Source: a virus
Lineage: Duplodnaviria > Caudoviricetes
Virus record (IMG/VR): IMGVR_UViG_3300028048_000052
Location: 64,001 to 128,000 of that record
DNA: 64,000 nt
Strand: one strand, 5' to 3'
In this document: positions 52,781 through 63,408 of the stretch, one piece after another
Layout of the letters: every line of letters begins with the position of its first letter
Numbering within the stretch: the first letter of the stretch is position 1
Position numbers and translations under genes: made by a program
Notes under the pieces: model-generated
Told to the model about the DNA's origin: nothing
Seen by the model: only the letters and a program-made list of their open reading frames with translations
Databases searched by the model: none

Positions 52781-54575
52781 ATGAAATTAGAAAATGTAAG
52801 AGTATATAATATTTCAACAGCGTTATTTGGAATGAGAAATCCAAAAAATTCTTGGGATAGAAGAGATACCAAGAGTGGAATTGCAACTTATGATGAAGTT
52901 GTTAAAATGGCTGAAGATAGCGAATTTGATTTAAAAGATATCCTTTTGTATCAAGATGATAATGAAATGTGCGAATATTGTGTTATCGGCCCTAACGATA
53001 TGAAGCTAGCAAAAGTATTAAAAGATGCTGGCACAGAACACCGTAAATATTTAAGACAAATCTTTGTTACAATGGATATTACTGCACCGTTATATTGGTA
53101 GACTTTCTGCCAAAAAATACTTTACCGCTTCATCAGCGGGGTCGCATTAGCGGCTAACGGGGAAGCCTAAACTGAAAAGCATGGTAATCCCGTGGGAAAT
53201 ATAAAAAATAATAAATTAAATGTGTCAAAATATATTAATTCTTATTATATGTTTCTTATATATAATAGGAGGATTAAATAATGAAACAAACAAGAAATTG
53301 TGGTCCACGAAAAGATTTAAGTGGAAAAAAATTTGGTAAATTAACTGCAATATATTATGTTCCAAAAGGAAAATGACATTGCAAATGTGATTGTGGAAAT
53401 GAATTAGATGTGGACACAAGAAATTTAAATAGTAATCATACACAAAGCTGTGGCTGCTTACAAAAAGAAAATGTAAGAAAAAATGCTATTGATATGACCG
53501 GGTATGAAAATAATGGTATTAAAGTTATATCAAAAGCCGAATCTGATAAAAATGGTTACGCTCATTGAAATTGTGAATGTAAAATATGTGGAAGAAAATT
53601 TACTTCTGCTGGTTCAGCTATTAGACAAGGTCTTGTTCAAAGTTGTGGATGCGTTCATTCATTAAACGAGCAATTAATAACAAAAATGTTATTAGAAAAT
53701 AATATAGATTTTGCTAGAGAATATACTTTTGGAGATTTAAAAGGAGTTAATGGTGGGGCATTAAGATTTGATTTTGCGATATTTAAAGATAAAAAATTAT
53801 CTCATTTAATTGAATTTAATGGAAAACAACATTACGAAAAATCAAAAGGTAGTTGAGAAAAAGAATTTGACACATTACAAAAAAATGATAAAATAAAAAA
53901 AGAATATTGTGAAAAAAATAATATTAAATTAATTATCATAAAATATGACCAACAATATTCTTTAAAAGATTTATTATAATTATAAACCTGTAGAGACTAT
54001 CCCGGGTGAGACTGGGAGTACGGCTTCTATTGATACGAAGTTGGAAATGGTATTCTCTTTAAATAAAGAGTAAAAGATAGTCCAATCTATTATGAAAATA
54101 ATAGATAATTGGGAAAGAATTTGATACCTATAAAATCGGTACAACATCCAATAGCCAAAGTACGATGCATAAGATGGCGGCTAAACCAATTACATTAGAT
54201 TGCTTTGAGATTGGTGATTATGAAAAAGATTTAGTTTTTGAAGAAAGCACAGCAGGTGAGCATTCTTGGGATTATCAGTGTAAAGTGGACCACGTTATAG
54301 GTGGAGAAAGCGAAGGCACTTATTATTGGGATAAATGCTACATTAAATTCTTGGAAATGTTGCGTTTAAAATATCTTGAAACAAAAGATATGCGCTACTG
54401 GAAAGAGTTAATTAGATGGCTTCCAGAAAGCTGGTTACAGACAAGAACAATTACTTTAGATTATGAAGTATTGAGTAGAATGTACCAACAGAGAAAAGAC
54501 CATAAATTAAGTGAGTGGCATTGGTTCTGTGACCGGATTGCTGATATGCCATATGCAAAAGACTTGATTTTATAA
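52781..54575 (+). CDS. thyX: ThyX-like flavin-dependent thymidylate synthase split by a group I intron (exons 52781-53099 and 54112-54575; 260 aa)
   Basis: GMRNP, EHRKYLRQI, spliced APLYW-WKEFDTYK, STMHK, LPESWLQTR, RKDHKLSEW. Confidence 0.72.
53100..54111 (+). mobile_element. group I intron carrying an endonuclease ORF
   Basis: P1 TTGGT/GCCAA with U.G; AACGGGGAA...AATCCCGTG; AGAGACTA...GATAGTCC; terminal G at 54111. Confidence 0.88.
53281..53979 (+). CDS. intron-encoded endonuclease with Cys-rich repeats and a Vsr/DUF559-like nuclease domain (3 TGA=Trp)
   Basis: DLSGKKFGKL, WHCKCDCG, SCGC twice, LRFDF...LIEFNGKQHY. Confidence 0.82.
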
Positions 54576-54623
54576 AAAAAATATGATATAATTATTATAG
54601 TATAGGGGGAATTTATATAGGAA

Positions 54624-54980
54624 ATGAAAAAGGATTTTTTAGAATTTTTAGACAACCTGATGGCAGCTGCGCCAGAACAGACAGCGAAGTACATGACGGA
54701 TAATGCAAAAACTTATGTAGAAGCTTTGCGTATGGCGTCAGAGGAGGAAAAGGAGAAGCCAGAAATGACTGATAACGGTAAGTTAATTCTTGGCTACATG
54801 CAGACGTCTAATATTAATGCTCTTACGGCAAAAAGAATTTCCGAAGGAATTTTGGTTAGTTCAAGAGGAGTTTCTGGGGCAATGAGAAAATTAGTAACAG
54901 ATGGCTACTGTGAAAAAGTGGGCACCAGCCCGTCCGTTTATATTTTGACAGAAAAAGGAAAAAATTATAAAATTAATTAA
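54624..54980 (+). CDS. winged-helix transcriptional regulator
   Basis: SSRGVSGAMRKLVTDGYCEK...YILTEKG. Confidence 0.75.
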   Translation: MKKDFLEFLDNLMAAAPEQTAKYMTDNAKTYVEALRMASEEEKEKPEMTDNGKLILGYMQTSNINALTAKRISEGILVSSRGVSGAMRKLVTDGYCEKVGTSPSVYILTEKGKNYKIN

Positions 54981-55007
54981 GTATTAAGAAAGAGGAATTT
55001 AGTAAAA

Positions 55008-55979
55008 ATGAAGAAAATGATTAATGCAACACACGTGGAAGGTTTGTTATACGACCACGCTTTAGAGGAAAAGGTGTCAGGTGCAAATTCTAAAAATCCC
55101 GGAACAAAATTTATCGCAGGAACTGTTGATGTAGCAACAGATAATGACGGTATTAATATTGTTTCAGTACATTATACCTATGTAACTCCAGTAACAGCAA
55201 CAGGAAAAGAAAATGCAACCTATACAACTTTGTTAAACATTATTAATGGAACCTATAAGACTGTTGTTAGAGACGGTTCTGATAATGCAACAAAGATTAG
55301 AATTGATTCTGCTATTGGTCTGAATGAATTTTATTCAGATAGAGATGGCACAGAAACACTTGTAAGTGTAAAGAGAAATGAGGGTGGATTTGTCCATACT
55401 AATGGAAACTTTACAGACGATGAAACATTAAGAAATACATTTGATGTTGATATTGTTATTACAGGTGTACGTCATGTTGATGGAGATGCTGATAAGGGAA
55501 CTGATGATAAGAGTATTGTTAAGGGAGCAATTTTTGATTTCAGAAACAGTTTATTACCAGTTGAATTTTCAGTAACAAATCCAGCAGCGATGAACTATTT
55601 TGAAGGATTAGATGCATCAAATAAAAATCCGATTTTCACAAGAGTAAGAGGTCGTCAGGTTTCTGAAACTATTACTCGTCAGATTACAGAAGAAGGTGCG
55701 TTTGGTGAACCGAGTGTAAGAGAAGTAAAAACCACTAGAAAAGATTTCGTTATTACTTGGGCGAAAGCTGAACCATATCTCTTTGATGATGAATCAACTT
55801 TAACAGCAGAGGAATTTAAGAAAGCGATCGCCGATAGAGAAATGGCGTTAGCTGAACTTAAGAGGAGAAACGACGAATACAAAGCAAATAGAAAAGCAGG
55901 TAATGGTATGCCATTTGGTGATACAAGTTCTACTACCACCAATGTTGCCGCGCCAGCAATGGGCTCATTTGATTTTTAG
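55008..55979 (+). CDS. probable single-stranded DNA-binding protein
   Basis: OB-like body with FDF C-terminus; upstream of the Sak4-like ATPase. Confidence 0.6.
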   Translation: MKKMINATHVEGLLYDHALEEKVSGANSKNPGTKFIAGTVDVATDNDGINIVSVHYTYVTPVTATGKENATYTTLLNIINGTYKTVVRDGSDNATKIRIDSAIGLNEFYSDRDGTETLVSVKRNEGGFVHTNGNFTDDETLRNTFDVDIVITGVRHVDGDADKGTDDKSIVKGAIFDFRNSLLPVEFSVTNPAAMNYFEGLDASNKNPIFTRVRGRQVSETITRQITEEGAFGEPSVREVKTTRKDFVITWAKAEPYLFDDESTLTAEEFKKAIADREMALAELKRRNDEYKANRKAGNGMPFGDTSSTTTNVAAPAMGSFDF

Positions 55980-55991
55980 GAGGTAAATTAA

Positions 55992-56984
55992 ATGTTAGAT
56001 ATTTTAAATTTACAACCTAATAAAGTTAGTCGTGATATGCGTGGATATTCGGTGTTGATGTATGGTACGCCAAAATCTGGTAAAACCACTACAGCATCTA
56101 AGTTTCCAAATGCATTACTTGTAGCTTTTGAAAAGGGCTATTCTGCTATTCCTAATGTATTAGCAGCGCCTGTTAACAGCTGGAATGAATTTAGACAGTT
56201 GCTTAAACAGTTAGAAAAACCAGAAGCAAAAGCAAAGTATTCTACTATTGTTGTAGATACAGCTGATATTGCTTATGATTATTGTGTTAAATATATTTGC
56301 GCCAAAGCAAGTGACGCAAAAAATGATTATGAAAATATTGGAGATATCCCCTATGGTAAGGGATATAAAATGGCTGAAACCGAATTTGATGAGTGCTTAA
56401 GAAAGATTCTTCAGATGGATTATGGTCTTGTGCTGATTAGTCATGCTACCGATAAAACTTTCACAGATACAAATGGTAATGAATATAACCAGATCGTGCC
56501 TACTCTTGACAATAGAGCAAGAAAGATTTGTGAAAGAACATGCGATATTATTGGTTATACCCATAGCGAGTACAATGCAGAGGGAGGCACTACCACTTAT
56601 ATGGAAATGCGTGGTACCCCAAGATATGTTGCCGGCTCAAGATTTAAATATACGCCAGATAGAATTGAATTAAGTTATGAAAATTTGTTAAATGCTATTA
56701 ATCATTCAATTGATGAAGAAGCAAAGAATTTAGGTGATCAAGTTTTAACAAATGAAAAATCAAATGTTCATCAGCAAGTTGAAAAAGAATATGACTTTGA
56801 TGCTATGATGGCAGAATTCCAAAACATTGTTGGTGCTTTAATGTCAAAGAACCAGAACAATGCGAAGAAGATTACTGCTATTGCTGATAAGTATCTTGGC
56901 AAGGGCAAGAAGGTTGGAGATTGCACTCCTACAAATGCCCCACAGCTTGACTTAATTCTTATGGAATTAAGAGAATTAGTATAA
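55992..56984 (+). CDS. Sak4-like (AAA_24) ATPase/annealase
   Basis: YGTPKSGKTT, IVVDT, LISH, CDIIGY. Confidence 0.8.
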   Translation: MLDILNLQPNKVSRDMRGYSVLMYGTPKSGKTTTASKFPNALLVAFEKGYSAIPNVLAAPVNSWNEFRQLLKQLEKPEAKAKYSTIVVDTADIAYDYCVKYICAKASDAKNDYENIGDIPYGKGYKMAETEFDECLRKILQMDYGLVLISHATDKTFTDTNGNEYNQIVPTLDNRARKICERTCDIIGYTHSEYNAEGGTTTYMEMRGTPRYVAGSRFKYTPDRIELSYENLLNAINHSIDEEAKNLGDQVLTNEKSNVHQQVEKEYDFDAMMAEFQNIVGALMSKNQNNAKKITAIADKYLGKGKKVGDCTPTNAPQLDLILMELRELV

Positions 56985-56987
56985 AAC

Positions 56988-57023
56988 AGTCAACCCTGAG
57001 GAAACTTGGGGTTGATTTTTTTT
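56988..57023 (+). terminator. intrinsic terminator overlapping the next promoter
   Basis: AGTCAACCCTGAG-GAAA-CTTGGGGTTGATT followed by a T run. Confidence 0.7.
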
Positions 57024-57050
57024 ATATTTTATGGTATAATATAGGTGTAA

Positions 57051-57566
57051 ATGGCTAAGTTAATGGTTAAATGCCCCGTTTGTGGGAAAAGTTTTGATAG
57101 AAATAGTACGCCATATCATCAAGAGGGTAGAAGATATTTACACATGGAGTGTTGGGCAAGAAGAGAAGCCTCAAAAACTCAAGATGATAAGGATAGAGAG
57201 GCCCTTGAAGAATATATCAAGGAACTTTTTAAATTAACGGTCATTCCGATTAAAATTGAAAAACAAATAAATAGTTTTCATAACGAATATGGTTATACTT
57301 ATACCGGGATTAAAAAAGCATTAGTATATCAATTTGAAGTTAAAAAAGGTGATATTAAACAAGCAAATGGTGGTATAGGTATTGTGCCATATGTTTATGA
57401 ACAAGCAAGAAATTATTATTATCAAATATGGGTAGCTCAACAACAAAATAATGATAAAATAATTAATGACTATATTCCTAGTGAGGTAAAAATAAAAATT
57501 AAAAATCCTCAAAAACAACCGAAAAGAAGAAAATTGTTTGAATTTTTAGATAAGGAGGGAGAATAA
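57051..57566 (+). CDS. Zn-finger protein, possible helicase loader
   Basis: CPVC...HMEC; GIGIVPYVY; coupled to the helicase. Confidence 0.6.
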   Translation: MAKLMVKCPVCGKSFDRNSTPYHQEGRRYLHMECWARREASKTQDDKDREALEEYIKELFKLTVIPIKIEKQINSFHNEYGYTYTGIKKALVYQFEVKKGDIKQANGGIGIVPYVYEQARNYYYQIWVAQQQNNDKIINDYIPSEVKIKIKNPQKQPKRRKLFEFLDKEGE

Positions 57567-59101
57567 TGGCAACAAGTAAATATGTTGATCCGACCGCAAT
57601 AATGCAAGTAGTTGGATGTGTGTATAATAATCCCTCTTTATTAGATGCAACAGATAAATACACAATAACAGCTGACGATTTTGCAGATGAATTTCATAGA
57701 ATTGCTTTTGGCTCAATTTATAAAATTCATGAATTAGGCGCAAAGAAAATTACATTAGAAAATATTATGGATTTCTTATCAAGTCGTCCCAAGAGTGAAG
57801 CTATCTTCAAACAACAAAAAGGTGAAGAATGGTTATTAAAAGTGGCTGAAAACGCAATCCCGGCTTCATTTGATTATTATTATAATAGATTAAAAAAGTT
57901 TAGTTTATTAAGAGCTTATGATAACTATGGAATTGATGTAAAATTCATTTATGACCCAGATAATATTCTTGATACAAAGAAAAAAGAATTACAAGAAGAG
58001 CAACTCGATAATTCAACATTGAACCAACTCGCTCAAAAAGTTGATGATATGATTGAGGGTATCCGGGCACAATATGTTGATGATGTATATCAAGAAGCAG
58101 TTCAAGCAAGCGATGGGCTTGAGGATTTGATTAAAAGTTTTAAAGAACGTCCAGAAGTCGGTGTACCAATGTATGGCCAATTAATCAATACAGTAACACG
58201 TGGCGCAAGGTTAGGAAAATTCTATTTACGTTCTGCGCCTACTGGTGTTGGTAAATCAAGAACGATGATAGCAGATGCTTGTTATATTGCTTGTAATGAG
58301 ATTTATAATGATACTATTGGAATGTGGGTTAAAAATGGAATTGTTCAACCGACTGTTTATATAACAACAGAACAAGATAAAAGTGAAATTCAAACCATGA
58401 TGCTTGCATTCTTAGCAAGCGTAAATGAAGAGCATATTTTAAACGGGAGATATGAAGGAGATGAAGAAGAAAGAATTTATTATGCTTTAAAGGTATTACA
58501 AAATTCTCCTTTATATATAGTTGAACTACCAGATTTTTCTTTACAAGATATTGAAGATATAATTAAAAAGAATATAAGAGAACATGATGTTAAATTTGTG
58601 TTTCATGATTATATTCATACAAGTATTAAAATTTTAGAAGAAATTACTCGTCGTTCTGGTGGAGTAAAATTAAGAGAAGATAATATCTTATTTATGTTAT
58701 CAACAAGATTAAAAGATATTTGTAATCAGTATGGAGTATTTATTTTATCAAGTACCCAGCTAAATGCGGATTATCAAGTGTCTGAAACGCCGGATCAAAA
58801 TTTATTAAGAGGAGCAAAAGCGATTGCTGATAAAATAGATTTTGGGTGTATATTGTTACCAGTTAAACAAGAAGATATTGAATCATTAGCAAAAGTTTTA
58901 CAAAGAAGTAATTTTGAAAAACCAACTCATAAATTATCAATTTATAAAAACCGAAGAGGTAGGTATAATGGAATATATTTATGGTGTAAAGGTGATTTGG
59001 GCACTTGTAGAGTTAATCCAATTTTTGCAACAAATTGGAGTTATGAGTTAATACAAATGGAAGATTTTCAAATTGAAGTAGAAAGTGATGGTGCGTTTTA
59101 A
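57566..59101 (+). CDS. dnaB: DnaB-like replicative helicase
   Basis: APTGVGKS, FHDYI, STQLN, IADKID, KNRRG. Confidence 0.88.
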   Translation: MATSKYVDPTAIMQVVGCVYNNPSLLDATDKYTITADDFADEFHRIAFGSIYKIHELGAKKITLENIMDFLSSRPKSEAIFKQQKGEEWLLKVAENAIPASFDYYYNRLKKFSLLRAYDNYGIDVKFIYDPDNILDTKKKELQEEQLDNSTLNQLAQKVDDMIEGIRAQYVDDVYQEAVQASDGLEDLIKSFKERPEVGVPMYGQLINTVTRGARLGKFYLRSAPTGVGKSRTMIADACYIACNEIYNDTIGMWVKNGIVQPTVYITTEQDKSEIQTMMLAFLASVNEEHILNGRYEGDEEERIYYALKVLQNSPLYIVELPDFSLQDIEDIIKKNIREHDVKFVFHDYIHTSIKILEEITRRSGGVKLREDNILFMLSTRLKDICNQYGVFILSSTQLNADYQVSETPDQNLLRGAKAIADKIDFGCILLPVKQEDIESLAKVLQRSNFEKPTHKLSIYKNRRGRYNGIYLWCKGDLGTCRVNPIFATNWSYELIQMEDFQIEVESDGAF

Positions 59102-59271
59102 TGGAAAATAAGATATGGATTGAAATTAATGTGTCTATTGCTGGTAACGGCGTTAGTGATGAGTATATGTTAAATAATATGGAAGATTATGGTTTGTATG
59201 ATAATATTGATGACGCTATTGGCGCATTAATAGATATACAAAATATTATGGAGGAAGAAAATGAAATATAA
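59101..59271 (+). CDS. small acidic protein
   Basis: 56 codons, coupled to both neighbours. Confidence 0.5.
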   Translation: MENKIWIEINVSIAGNGVSDEYMLNNMEDYGLYDNIDDAIGALIDIQNIMEEENEI

Positions 59272-59716
59272 AATTTTACAACTTGACGCAAACGGAAGAA
59301 TTAGCTTCACTAAAGAAGAATTAGAGAAGTTACTTGATGAAGTTTATAACAATGGATATGAAGATGGTAGAAAAACTTGCCAATATACGTATCCATATTG
59401 GTATTGGAAATCATATCTTACTACAACCCCAAATATTGTTTATACAGATAAAACAACAAATCCAACACTTCCAAATGACTATATTTATGTTGGTGATGAT
59501 CCAAATACGCTGGGAACAGTAACGACTGGAACGCCATTGAAAAATAATGGAAATACTGTCTGCACTGATATTCCAGATGATTCATCTCATTTTACACATG
59601 CAACTACAACAAACACAACCACAACCGCAAATACCGATTTTGCACCGCACTGGACAGCTGAAAGAGTTGTATACGGAACTAAAAATACATCAACAGATAA
59701 AAAGTATACAGGATAA
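59261..59716 (+). CDS. hypothetical protein with Thr-rich C-terminus
   Basis: GGAGG RBS. Confidence 0.6.
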   Translation: MKYKILQLDANGRISFTKEELEKLLDEVYNNGYEDGRKTCQYTYPYWYWKSYLTTTPNIVYTDKTTNPTLPNDYIYVGDDPNTLGTVTTGTPLKNNGNTVCTDIPDDSSHFTHATTTNTTTTANTDFAPHWTAERVVYGTKNTSTDKKYTG

Positions 59717-59719
59717 AAT

Positions 59720-60826
59720 ATGGCAGGATATGATAAATTAGAAGTAAGAGAAAAATTAGAAATAGAAGATATTTATAGTTTACTTCTTGAGTTTGGAGGT
59801 GAACCAGAATATTCTTCTTTTGGCATTATTTCAAGAACGATTTGTCATAATCCTGCGCATGAAGGAAGTCGCAAATTATACTATTATGAAAATAGTGATT
59901 TGTTTAGGTGTTATACTGATTGTGGCGATTCGTTTGACATATTTGAATTAGTCCAAAAGGTTAGTAGAATCCAATGGCATAAAGAAACAGATTTAAATGG
60001 GGCAATATATTATGTTGCGGTTAAATTTGGAATTGCGCCGAATTTTGGAACTGATGATGATAACGTAGTTAATGCCGAAGATTGGGAAGCATTTGAAAAA
60101 TATTCTCATATTAAAGATATTGAAATAAAAGATTTAAAAGTAACTCTTGAAGAATATGATGATAGTATTTTAGATAAATTGAGATATGATTTAAAATTAA
60201 CCCCATGGTTAAAAGAGCATATGACGCAAGAGGTTCTTGACAGCGCAAGGATTGGCTATTGGCTCGGTGGAGACCAGATAACAATTCCACATTATGATAA
60301 AGATGGTAGATTTGTTGGATTGCGTGGTAGAACCATGTGTAAAGATGAAGCCATGGCTTATGGAAAATATCGTCCTATAAAAATTATGGACACTCAATAT
60401 AATCATGCATTAAGTATGAATTTATATAATCTTAATTTTAGTAAAGATAATATAAAGAAAATGGGAAAAGCAATTATCTTTGAAAGTGAGAAAAGTTGTC
60501 TTATTTATAGAAGTTATTTTGGAAAAGATGCTGATATAAGTGTAGCGTGTTGTGGTAGTAATATCTCAGCATATCAAATTCAAATGCTTTTGGATGCTGG
60601 CGCAAAAGAAATTATAGTTGCATTTGATCGTGATTTTGAGGTCAAAGGCGATAAAACATATATGGCTCAAATTAATAAATATAAGAGGATATATAATAAA
60701 TATCATATTTATTGCAATATTTCATTTATTTTTGATAAAAATAATTTATTACCAATAAAAGCGAGTCCAATAGATAATGGTAAAGAAATATTTTTACAAT
60801 TATTTAATGAAAGAATCTTTTTATAG
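59720..60826 (+). CDS. dnaG: DNA primase
   Basis: TICHN...CYTDC zinc domain; GLRGR; TOPRIM FESEKS...AFDRD. Confidence 0.85.
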   Translation: MAGYDKLEVREKLEIEDIYSLLLEFGGEPEYSSFGIISRTICHNPAHEGSRKLYYYENSDLFRCYTDCGDSFDIFELVQKVSRIQWHKETDLNGAIYYVAVKFGIAPNFGTDDDNVVNAEDWEAFEKYSHIKDIEIKDLKVTLEEYDDSILDKLRYDLKLTPWLKEHMTQEVLDSARIGYWLGGDQITIPHYDKDGRFVGLRGRTMCKDEAMAYGKYRPIKIMDTQYNHALSMNLYNLNFSKDNIKKMGKAIIFESEKSCLIYRSYFGKDADISVACCGSNISAYQIQMLLDAGAKEIIVAFDRDFEVKGDKTYMAQINKYKRIYNKYHIYCNISFIFDKNNLLPIKASPIDNGKEIFLQLFNERIFL

Positions 60827-60837
60827 GAGGTATCTTA

Positions 60838-61578
60838 GTGCCAAAATTAATTGATTTGACCGGGAAAAAATTTGGAAAACTTATTGTAAAAGAAAGAGCA
60901 CCAAATAAAAATAACCAAGTATGTTGATTATGTAAATGTGATTGCGGGAATGAAGTAATTGTCACAAGAAGAGAATTATTAACTGGACATACTAAATCGT
61001 GTGGGTGTTATCGTAAAGAGATTACCGCAAAAAGAAATAAAGAAATAAAACCTAAAAAATTAGATGGGTTAAGATTTGGCAAATTAACTGTTTTAAAGCC
61101 AACTGAATTACGAGATACAAATGGCGCAATAATTTGAGAGTGTGTTTGTGATTGTGGAACACATACAATGGTTCGTGGAAATTTATTAGTTAATGGAATG
61201 ATACAGAGTTGTGGATGTGTAAAATCACAAGGAGAACAAAAAATTATTGACATTTTAAAAAAATATGATATAATTTATGAAAAAGAAAAAACTTTTGAAA
61301 CATGCCGTTATCCAGAAACAAATTTCTTATGTCGTTTTGATTTTTATGTTAATAATAAATATTTAATAGAATTTGATGGTGAACAACATTTTAAAAAAAG
61401 TAAATATAATAATAGTTGAAATACAGAACAACATTTAAAAGAAACTAAAATGCATGATGAATATAAAAATAATTGGTGTAAAGAAAATAATATCCCATTA
61501 ATTAGAATTCCTTACAACCATTTAAATGAATTAAAAATAGAAGATTTAATGTTAGAAACAAGTAAATTTGTTATTTAA
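60838..61578 (+). CDS. free-standing endonuclease of the same family as the thyX intron ORF (3 TGA=Trp)
   Basis: AGGAGG plus GTG; DLTGKKFGKL, WLCKCDCG, SCGC, RFDF...LIEFDGEQH. Confidence 0.82.
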
Positions 61579-61596
61579 TGAAAGGGTGGTGTTATA

Positions 61597-63327
61597 ATGA
61601 AATATATAATGCGTGGAGATTGAAATGAAAATAATAAAACTGCGCTTGTACGGGTTTTATTGAATAGGGGAATGAAAGAAGAAGATATTGAGCATTATTT
61701 AAATACAACAGACGATGATTTAATTGACCCATCCTTAATTGAAAATATACAAGAAGGCACTCAAATGCTTTTAAAACATATTAATGCCAACAATGATATT
61801 TATATTCAAGTAGATTCAGACGTTGATGGTTATACAAGTTCAGCCATTTTAATTAATTACTTGTATAAAGCATATCCAGATTTTGCTAAAACGCATATTA
61901 CCTATGGTCTTCATGAAAATAAAGAACATGGTATTGATATGGATGCTATTAAAGATAATATTAAATTAGTTGTTGTCCCAGATGCTGGATCAAACGAATT
62001 TGATTTACATGCTGAACTTAAATATAATGGGATTGATGTATTAATTATAGACCACCATAACGCAGAGGGCTATTCTGATTATGCGTGCGTAATTAATAAT
62101 CAAATTGGTAACTACCCGAATAAAGATTTATCTGGGGCTGGCATGGTTTATAAATTTTGTTGCTATCTTGATAAATATTTAGGTTTTGATTTTGCAGATG
62201 ATTTTATTGATTTGGCGGTGTTTGGGATAATCGCTGATGTAATGCCACTTACCAATTTTGAAACAAGAAGAATGATTGTTAAAGCAATAGATAATTTTAG
62301 AAGTCCATTTTTAAATGTTCTTGCTTCAGCTAATAGCTTTCAAAGTGGAGTTCAAATAGTTCCAAAGACATTCTCTTGGACTATGGCGCCAGCAATAAAT
62401 GCTATTTGTAGAATGGGTAATTTAGAAGATAAAAAAATTGTATTTGAAGCAATGCTTGAAAAAAATAGCGAATTAGAAGTTCCATCAACCAAAAGAGGGC
62501 ACAAAGGTGAAACAGAGTTATTAATTGAGCAGGCGGCAAGAGTTGCTAAAAATGTTAAAGCTGGACAAGACAGAGCAAGAGATAAATTATGTGAACAGTT
62601 TGAGCAATTAATTAATGATAAAAATTTACTTGAAAATCAAATCTTGGCTCTTAAAATGCCAGATTCAACCCAAGAGGATAGAAATATAACTGGGCTTGTT
62701 GCTAATAAATTAATGAGTAAATATCAAAGACCAGTTCTTGTACTGAGTAAAAAAGTATTAGAAGATGGCTCGGTTCATTGGGCCGGCTCTGGCAGAAATG
62801 GCGGAGATGGGTTAATTAGTTTTCAAAAATTCTTAATAGATTCAAATTTAGTAGATTGGGCACAGGGGCACGACAATGCATTTGGCGTTTCTATTCCCGA
62901 TGAAAATTTCTCTGCTTTGATACAATATGGGAATAAAGAATTGGCTAACTTTGATTTTACTCCAAAATATAAAATAGATATAGTATATTATGGGACAAAT
63001 ATCGATATTGGTGATATTGCTTCTATTGCTGATAATAATGATTTATGGGGAGAGGGTCTTGAAGAACCGAAGATTCTTATAAAAGATTTACCCATCAATT
63101 CAGCGCTTGCTGATATATCACCGAGAGGTTATTTTAAAATATCACTTGGATCTGAGTTAGATATTGTTAAAATGCGAATGGATTTTGATGAGTTTGATAA
63201 AATTATAAAAGGACCAAATAGTAAATTAGATATTATTGGAACTTGTTTCCGTAATGTTGGGTTTGGCGATGGTTTACAAATTAGAATTGAAGATTATGAA
63301 TTAAAAACACAGCAATGGTATTTTTAA
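61597..63327 (+). CDS. recJ: RecJ-like DHH exonuclease (TGA at codon 9)
   Basis: DSDVDG, IDHH, LSGAG, GSGR, GHDNAFG. Confidence 0.88.
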
Positions 63328-63408
63328 ACCGTCGGCTATGTCTATTGGACATAACCAGTTGATTTACATTTATGTTTTTTATATAATATATAAAGGAGAA
63401 AGATATAT

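Noticed and set aside
1246-61623. Many apparent pseudogenes or fragmented ORFs
   Set aside because: Apart from the introns and the split ligase, every break is an in-frame TGA at a plausible Trp site with no frameshift, which recoding explains better than decay.
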